This document shows positions 47,539 to 56,300 of a stretch of 64,000 nt of DNA, in pieces. Numbering within the stretch: position 1 is the stretch's first letter; each line of letters begins with the position of its first letter. The stretch spans positions 793 to 64,792 of IMG/VR virus record IMGVR_UViG_3300000973_000003, one strand, 5' to 3'. Origin of the DNA: a virus. Taxonomy: Duplodnaviria; Caudoviricetes. The notes beneath the pieces were generated by a model. The model had not been told where the DNA came from and ran no database searches. It was given only the letters and a program-made list of their open reading frames with translations. Made by a program: the position numbers and the translations under genes.

Positions 47539-50368
47539 ACAGGGTGGCTCGCGAGTATTCTTTGATGTTGTAGGACAAATGCAAGCTGCAAAGCTTATCT
47601 CCGATGCCGAAGAGATGAGCACAGTCGTTCAAGCAATTATGCTTGACGCATTCGACGGTATCAAAGGCTCACTTGACGGTATCTTTGACTCCGTAGGTGC
47701 AGCTATCGAAGCGGTGCGTGAACCTGCTATGGCTCTTGGTGAGTCAAGGGTCTATTTTGAAAAGTTCTTTGACTTTGAAGGCGTGAAAGAATACGAAGAG
47801 TCAATCATTGACGTAGGGCTTGCATTCGGCTACACAGGAGCTGAAGCCCTGGATGCTGGCGCAAGGATGGCTCAATTGGGTGGCATCTTTGGTTCTGGTG
47901 CTGGTATTGAGGCTGGAACTCAAATGGGTACTGCATTCGGTATCATAGGTGGTATGGAGGCAGAAGAAGCCCAGAAGCGTCTTATCTCAATTGCTCAACA
48001 AACGGGATTCCTATACGAAGGCATAGGCGAATCAGCGTTCAAAGCTGCTGACGCTGAAACTCAACGCCAAGTCGTTATTCGCAACTCTCTTTACATGATG
48101 GATCAACTTAACACCGTTGAATCGAACTCGGTGGCTACGGTTCAGCAATTGTCTCAAGTGATGGATCAATTCGCAGCATCGGGTACGGCAGCCAATATGA
48201 GTATTGCTGAACAAGCTGCATTATCCGCAGTCTTGATTGAACAGGGTGAAACCGCATCAAAGGCTGGTCGTGGTCTAAAGCAAATGCTGGTTCGTATAGC
48301 AAGCGATACAGGCGGTGCTGCTACTGCCTTGCATGAGTTCGGTGTTGCTACTACGGACATTAACGGTGATATGGTCGGATTGACCCGTATCATGCAACAA
48401 CTGTCCGATAACGGCTTTCACCAACTTGACTCAACTCAACAACAACAACTCGCCACGTCAATTGCTGGCTCAAACCACGCTGAACGGTTCATGAAGCTCA
48501 TAACAAAACAAGAGCGAGTTACAGAACTTACTACTCAAGCAATTAGTCGTGAGGTCGGTGCTCTTGAAGAACTTGAGCGTTTCACCAATTCAAACACATT
48601 TGCTGCAAACCAAATGGCCGCAGCACAGGAGAACCTATCGGCTAAGATCGGTGAGCACCTACTCCCTGCAATAACCGACGCTGAAAGAGCTTCACTTACT
48701 CTCAAAGGGACATTCGAGCAAATGCTCTCCCCACCAGAAGAAGGGGCAGACGGCATAGGTGCTACGCTTGATGGTCTGGTTTCAACAATGACAAAGGGAG
48801 CATCAAGAAGCCTCATCATGGCTAATGCCATGTATGAAATCGGTGGCGGTGCATTTGAAGCTTTCATGAATGTTCAGTCCTTGTTGATCTCCGTCAAGGT
48901 GTATCGTGCAATTATGAAGCAAAATGTGGTGCTTCAACAGAAAATCAATGACGGTATGCTCGGCCAAAGAAGCATAATGCAGACCAACAATCAACTTCAG
49001 CATACTTACACCAACGCAAGAGGACAACACCAATTCATGCAAGCCATCTCAAACGGTCTTGACAAGACTGCAAATCAAATAGCAGGTGAAAAGCTGACAC
49101 TTATGAGTTCTGCTGAAAGAAAGATGGAAGTTCAAAATCAAATAGCTGCTGAATCCCTACAATTTGCTCAACGTGAAAATGATGCTCACCTTCAAAGAAC
49201 AAGGATCATGGCTATGGCTACGACGATGGATCCCGCAGCGGTTGATAAGCGTTCAACTACGCTTAAGCGACAAATAACGATGGAGTCCAACAAACAAGCA
49301 GCAATACGAAACACAATGTTGCTTGAAGGAGAAGAAGCCATGTATGGTGATGTTCTCGCTGCTGATGCTTTGGTGGCATCGGAACAAAAGCAAGCGTCGT
49401 TAAACGAAGAAATGTTCACCATTCGTCAAGTCAAGTTCGCTCAACAGGAGCTCCAGAATACAGAGGTTCGTGAAACACAGGTTCTCGGACAAGAAGCTCA
49501 AGCCAGAATACGGTCAATCAATCAACAAAGAACTCAATTCATCGAAACTCTAAAGCTGCTAAGAGCAACAGGTCATTTGACAAAAGAAGAGTTCAACAAT
49601 ACAATGGCTAAGATCAATAACGCTTCAGCAGGTAAGGTTCAACAAGCCCAAAATATGCACACCGTTGGGTCGTTAATGCGAATGGAAAGAGCGACTATGA
49701 AAGCGACATTCAGCACAGGTCGTATGACTGCCGCAACCTCCTTAGCAAGCATGGGACTCATGATGTTCAGCGATAGCGAAGATGCTATGCAAGCCAGCAT
49801 GATCCTCATGGTCGCTTCAATGGTCCCCGCTATTTTACAGATGGGCGCATTGGGAGCAGCGACAGACAGGGCTACTGCCTCAACAATTGCATATCAAGCA
49901 GTAGCAACAGGTGGTATCGCTTTGCTTGCTATCGGTGCTGCCCTTGCAGGTGCATACCTTCTATTCGACAACCACGCTGATAAAATGGAGGAAAAGACAG
50001 AGGATATGACGGCTGGATTTGAAGATGTTCAATACGCTGCTCAAGACTTTGCTTTCGAGCTTGACAAGCCAGGCGGTGTCACCGATCTTATGCTTGACTT
50101 TGGGAGGACAACCGAAGAGTCAATGGATAAGGCAGAGAAGTCTGTCAAGGATTTCATGTCGGCCAGAGAAGAACTATTCTTTGGATTCTCACCAAGCCGA
50201 ATGAATCAAACCCTCTTTGAGCAACTTGTCAATCAAGGTGTGGGTGAACTTTACTATCGAACTGAACTCAACATAGCCAACAACTTCTTCGGTTTGACCG
50301 TTGATGAAATGGTGGATCAAGTCACAGTACAAGTGCAAGAACGATTAGTACAGATAACGGGGTCTTGA
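47531..50368 (+). CDS. Tape measure protein
   Basis: 945 aa, helical and Ala/Gln-rich; TP901-like ASKAGRGLKQML motif; C-terminal hydrophobic segments. Confidence 0.9.
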   Translation: MVRQGGSRVFFDVVGQMQAAKLISDAEEMSTVVQAIMLDAFDGIKGSLDGIFDSVGAAIEAVREPAMALGESRVYFEKFFDFEGVKEYEESIIDVGLAFGYTGAEALDAGARMAQLGGIFGSGAGIEAGTQMGTAFGIIGGMEAEEAQKRLISIAQQTGFLYEGIGESAFKAADAETQRQVVIRNSLYMMDQLNTVESNSVATVQQLSQVMDQFAASGTAANMSIAEQAALSAVLIEQGETASKAGRGLKQMLVRIASDTGGAATALHEFGVATTDINGDMVGLTRIMQQLSDNGFHQLDSTQQQQLATSIAGSNHAERFMKLITKQERVTELTTQAISREVGALEELERFTNSNTFAANQMAAAQENLSAKIGEHLLPAITDAERASLTLKGTFEQMLSPPEEGADGIGATLDGLVSTMTKGASRSLIMANAMYEIGGGAFEAFMNVQSLLISVKVYRAIMKQNVVLQQKINDGMLGQRSIMQTNNQLQHTYTNARGQHQFMQAISNGLDKTANQIAGEKLTLMSSAERKMEVQNQIAAESLQFAQRENDAHLQRTRIMAMATTMDPAAVDKRSTTLKRQITMESNKQAAIRNTMLLEGEEAMYGDVLAADALVASEQKQASLNEEMFTIRQVKFAQQELQNTEVRETQVLGQEAQARIRSINQQRTQFIETLKLLRATGHLTKEEFNNTMAKINNASAGKVQQAQNMHTVGSLMRMERATMKATFSTGRMTAATSLASMGLMMFSDSEDAMQASMILMVASMVPAILQMGALGAATDRATASTIAYQAVATGGIALLAIGAALAGAYLLFDNHADKMEEKTEDMTAGFEDVQYAAQDFAFELDKPGGVTDLMLDFGRTTEESMDKAEKSVKDFMSAREELFFGFSPSRMNQTLFEQLVNQGVGELYYRTELNIANNFFGLTVDEMVDQVTVQVQERLVQITGS

Positions 50369-50369
50369 G

Positions 50370-53300
50370 ATGAATGACATATCACGCAGGTTCACCCTTT
50401 GGCTCTCTGGCTACTACGAGGACTTTCAATCAATGCGAGTAATCTCCGAGGGAGAGGACTACGCAGAATCCTCATTCTATACCAATCGTAGGGACTCTCA
50501 CGCTGGCAACACTATGGCTGCTCAAGCCTACAACAACTCACGGTTTGCATTTGACTATCTTACCCGTTCATTCACTAACTTATCTCCTATTCCCTTGATT
50601 GGTTCTGCTGCACAGGCAGAGGCAGCCTCTCTCCACAATGAAGGACCATCTCAATGGCTGACTCATGACCCAAATCGTATCGGTGCTACGTTCTTTGAAG
50701 GCAGAGCAACGCTGACTTATCCAGACACTATCGGTGATGCAGCTTCACTACGAACTTTTGATTATCCAAAAAGAGCCGACTACTCTCACTTTGCTTCTGG
50801 TTGGGGTACACAGAATACCTACTATGTTCGTCATGGTGATGCTGATGCCACATACGAAAGATCGTCATTCACAGTACCAGCAATAGGCAGTCCTTACGGT
50901 ACTTCGACAACAAGAGGCTACGGCAAGTTCGACATTAGCAACTATGACCCTACTGATACTTCGGGAATACCAGGGATTGGTATTGGTAAGTCCGACAATA
51001 CCGCCTATCGTAAGCATAAGGTCATGATGAACTCAAGCCTATGTGGTGTGTATCTCGGTGAAACAGGCCAAATAGCTGTTCAGTCGTCTGGTATTGGACT
51101 GCCCTACTCATACCTGTACCCTATCAAGTCGCCATCGGGTAAGCCATTCTTTAGGAATACTACATCAAGACGAGTTGCTGATTGGATAGATGTTATTTAC
51201 AACGATGATGGGACAGGTAAAGGGTATTTCCGATTCAACACAGGCTCGAACTTTGGCAACGTGGGCGGTCTTGGGGCTGACGATCAATGGTTTCCTTTGA
51301 ACATAGAAGCTCATCCTGTAACTGCAACAGGTCAAACCTACGCTGCTGGTGCTACGTCAATTGTCATTCCCGCAGCTTTGCTTACTGCCGAAGATAAAGC
51401 CAACATTCTCAATCCAACCAATGACAGGCACTTACCAGACAAAACAACAGGGACACCGACTCAATTTATTCAAGTAGGTACAGAAACCAAAACATACTCC
51501 GCATTCAGTATCAACGGCTCTGGAGATTTGACTTTCACATTAACCTCTGGATTATCGGGAACTCAAGGCTCAAACCCTACTATCGCTTATTTCAAATGGA
51601 AAGATCAAGAATCGGGTGATGACACAATCACCTTTTACAACTTAACCGCAGGTGGTACACCAGATGTAGCACCTGTGTTTCAAAACAGGCAAGATACGGC
51701 AGATGGTATGGCTTATCCACTACTTTCATTCAAGAATGCTTCTGGTACGCTAAGAACCACTACTGCTCGGACTGTTATGGGTGGCGTAGGGCAAAACTCA
51801 CCTTCTTGGAATGTGCAATCAAACACCTCAAAAGGCTACACATATTACTCCGTAGCAACAACTCTTCAATCGGGGCATGGTGGATTTCAAGCAGACCCCG
51901 AATACTCTGCAGCTCGTGATCCATTCTTCACACTTGACAACGTATATGGTCGTCTGCAAGTGGGAGACTACATCACAAGGTTTGGTTCGGACACCCCAGA
52001 AAAAATCCTTACTATTCTTAGCGACGGCTCAATGAAAACTGATGGTGTGTTCGTAGCTCCTGGTGGTTCAACATTCGCTCGAAAAGCTACTCACGGCTCT
52101 GGCAACGGAGGCACTACGGGAAGAAGCAAAGACGGTATGTTTGGATTCCAGCCTGTGATCGTGGGCGACACCGAACTTAACGCCCAGACTGACGGTGAAC
52201 GGTTCACTATTCGTCTTGCCAATCAATCATTTAACCAAACGGCATCAGCCATACCAGGTGAGGTGGACTGTTCTTTCATGCTCTCTGTTGGCTACAACAA
52301 GAGCGAAGCTGGATTCTCAATGAATGAAAGAGGGAATGCTCTCGCTACTAAAGCTGCAATCACACACTTGTTTAGACCATTAAGCGGTGAAGGTCTTGCT
52401 GGTGCAAGAGCAACACAATTCAATATGTTCGTCGAAGGTACTACGGGCAAGCAAACTCATACTATGGATCAACTCTGGTATGACCTTGACATTGTAGTGG
52501 ACTTCACCGCACAAGGCTACTATGTGTTCAATGACGGCACTTTGGTTGGTGCTTTGAATCCTTTCAACGCTAAGACTGACGGTACACCCTGGACTGCTAC
52601 TGACCTCTATGGTTGGTCGTTGGGTGTTCACTTTCCTCAAGGTAAAGACACCTCCGATACCGTAGGTTGGGAAACTATGACGACTATGATAGATCGTGCT
52701 GGCTACATCTATGCAATCAGCGATAGGATGACTCACGCATCCATACCTGCTAACATTCAACAAGATGATGTGATATTTGAAAAGTTCAAAATAAAGAGCG
52801 TGGTTGATGGAATAAGTCAAGCGGATTTCACGTTGCTTGACGATAACGACTTAATCAATCTCCCGCAGCTTGTGTCTGGTCGCCCTAATTGGAAAATGCT
52901 ACTGTTCCGCGATAACGATTATCGCCCTATCCATTCGAGTATCGTATCGGCAGTTAATTTCAAGCAAAACAACATGAAGAAAACAAAAGAAATAACGCTG
53001 AAGGCTCAAGATTCATTGGGTGAGCTTGATTTCCAATTCCCTTACTTTGACATAGGCCAGGAGAACGGAGCTCCGAGCCTGGTTGCTCATTATCGTAGGT
53101 ACGAAGTCACCAACTACGCAGAGATATTTCACTTCGGAACTACTTCACTACTCAACCTCAATCCGTTCCTCGGCTTTGATGAGGATAGTAAGGGTTCGAC
53201 AGGAGAATACTTACCTCGCTACGACCAGCGCATGAGGCTTTATTCGGGGCATCCTATCCAACTGTACTCGAATGAGAATACGAATGGTCCGAATTATACA

Positions 53301-56300
53301 GAGGATGCTTGGGAGGTAAGCCGACTCATAGATCACTTCGAGCCTCATCCTCTTGATGCAACTAAAACAAAGGTCGTTCTCAAGAGCGACCACATCAAGT
53401 ATGCTGGCGATCCTATCCCTGCAGGTGTGCAGGTCGCTATCAAAGGCAATTGGCGCAACGTAGGGGCAGTCACAGGCTCAATAACCAGCGAGAAGTCGCC
53501 CCCAAGCGTAGGTGAAAAAGGACTCATAGCTGCATCCAACACAGGCGTTCAAGAGAATAACCCACACAATGAATATCGTGGTCTATGGACTGTTGAGCAA
53601 GCTCAAACCGTGACAACTTTTGATCTAATCTCATCATACAACTTCTTAACTGTGGCCGATACCTCTTTGTTCCCTGCCTCTGGTACAGTCAAGGTCGGTG
53701 GTACAGGAACTACGGGCAACTTTGGTACAACTTACACCTACTCAAGCAAGACTTCGACCCAACTTATCTTGACGACTACACTCGGTCAAGAGTGGGCTGC
53801 TGGAACAGTAGTGCGTGAAACAACCGCTTCGGATCACATCACCATTGACAAAGAATGGAAAAAGTCTCTTCGACTGCAAAACATACGAAGCGACGGTACG
53901 AATCTCGTCATGGACTTTAGACCAGAAACGGATTATCACAAGGAGTATGAGTTCATGGGCGGGACAGGGTTTGCTAACTCACAGTCGGTCTTTGCTAAGA
54001 ATGACCGCATGACCCCGACCACCGCACCTAACGGTGAACTTATTCGACTTTATGTGCAACCAAATGCAACAGGAATAAGCCAGGAGTCTGCTCTCGCTGA
54101 TCTGCCGAGTCAAGTCTATACGTCAAGTGAAATCCTTGTCAATGGAGGGCAGAGTTCACCTACGCCCATTCAAGCCACTATCAAAACAACAATCCTGGTT
54201 TCTGATCTATCAGCAAACCTACAAGCTGCTCTGCCTATCAATGCTGGATCAACTGCTGGTATTGGTGATGCAATCGAATGCGACCTTGCTTACCTATCAT
54301 TCCCCAAAGAAAGAGGGCAAAGCTTCACACTACGAAACGTGGGTTCATCGTACTCTTACAGGAACATTCACAACCGTTGGATGCGAGACTTGACTCAATC
54401 TCTATGGTTTCAAAAGACATACGGTGTTATCGGCCAATACCCATACGGTGCTACTGCGTGGAGAGGAACTACTCTTCTAAGCGCAGCTTTGACTACACTT
54501 GCAGCAGAGTTCAACACCGCTGCTGACACCACAATAACTCTTGGTGATGTGACGAACTTTCCTTACGCTGGCGTATGTGAGATATGGACTAATAACCCGA
54601 ATCCGAATGTTTTGAATAACAATCAAGCAATCATGCTCACATCATTCACCTATGTTGGTAAGGACTCGGCCAACAACAGACTAACCAATGTCAAGTTCGC
54701 TGACCCCAACAAAGGTGTGATTGCCACAAGTGGTGGTGCTGGATCAAGAACCGTTATCGCTCGAAACATTGATGGAGACTACAAGCATTGTTTCGTTTTG
54801 TTTGCTGATATGCGAAACGATGGATCAGCCGATGCAGACGGAGGAACTCGTAAGTCGGACTTTGGTTTGCTACACCCAATCGAACAGAACTACAAGCTCA
54901 AGGTTGTTTGGGCTGACACAGGCAAGAACTTCGTGGACTTGAAAATTGGTGCTGATGCTGACATATGGCAACTAAACGCCCAGAATGACCCTGCTACGGG
55001 TACGGCCTGGTCGGATAATCCAACTGCTATCATGACTGACTATGATAATCCAGCTATTCTCATCGGTGGTCGAAGCGACGATACTGAATTGCTTACGCAT
55101 TATCACAATTGGGAGGACAAAGCAGGTGCTTTCGTTATTGTCGATCTGTCGAAGTTCTTCAACCTCAATACCGAAGCAAACTTAGGTCGAATAGCTCAAA
55201 CCGCAGGTGGGAATAAGCAACTTGGGGAGCTCCTTGTTGAAGGTGCAGGTGAACCTACTCTCATTGACAATTATCACTATCAAGCTGCAGCAACATACCA
55301 AAACTCCGAATCTCCAATCCTACAACACTTCAACTCATACCGATGGGCTGACGCAAAGACAACGCTCACGAATGACATTGTTTCAGCAACACCAACAAGC
55401 ACTACTACTGCTATTACCGATCCAGCCGATACCGAGATGAATGTTCAAGACAACGCATCATTCCCTTCATCTGGTACGAACTTTTTACTTGGTGCTGACA
55501 CTTTCGACTATACCGCTAAGGGTGGTATCTTAGCCTCTGCAAGACCAGCCAACTTGGGGAATGATGTGACAGGCAACGGCACGTTCACTACATCGGGTGG
55601 TGGGGCTACTACGAATGCAACAGGAACTTACAAAGTAGCATTCCCAATCCTCAATCTCAAAGTTGATCCCGCAGGTGGCGCAGCTACGGGTTGGGGAACA
55701 AGCAAGACTTACGATTGGGAGACTAACCCTATTGGAGCATTCGGGACAATAGATAGCGACTCAAGCGGTATTCTGGATAAGACTACGGGTTCATCATTCG
55801 TCATTCAAAGCGATAGAGGGTTCGATCCTGGTGTTGTGCCTACTATCAACATACTAAAACGACCTGTTGGCGCACTTGATGGATTAGACCCTGCACAGAA
55901 CTTTTACATGAATACCATCGGACAACTCAAGTTCGCTGAACCATTTGTTATCACCAACCCTGGTTCTGGGTTCACATCAGCACCTACGTTCAACTTCTCA
56001 ACAAGTTCAACTGCGACTGCCAGGGCTACTCTTTCAACAACTCAACTGTGCGGTATAACAGGCGTAGCCCAAGTAGCTCCAGCAGGGACAGGCGTTTCGA
56101 CAGGATCAGCGATTGACTACTTAGACGTGGAAAGTACAGACAATTTCCCTGCAAGGCTCGGAATAAATGCCTTTGCAGGTCAAAACACCGCAGGTATCAT
56201 TGAAGCCAAAACAAAGGATGCAAACGGAAATGAATACGACATGAAGTATGTCTTTACTTACACATCGAAAACTGCAACCAGACTAAGCGGTATCTCTTAT

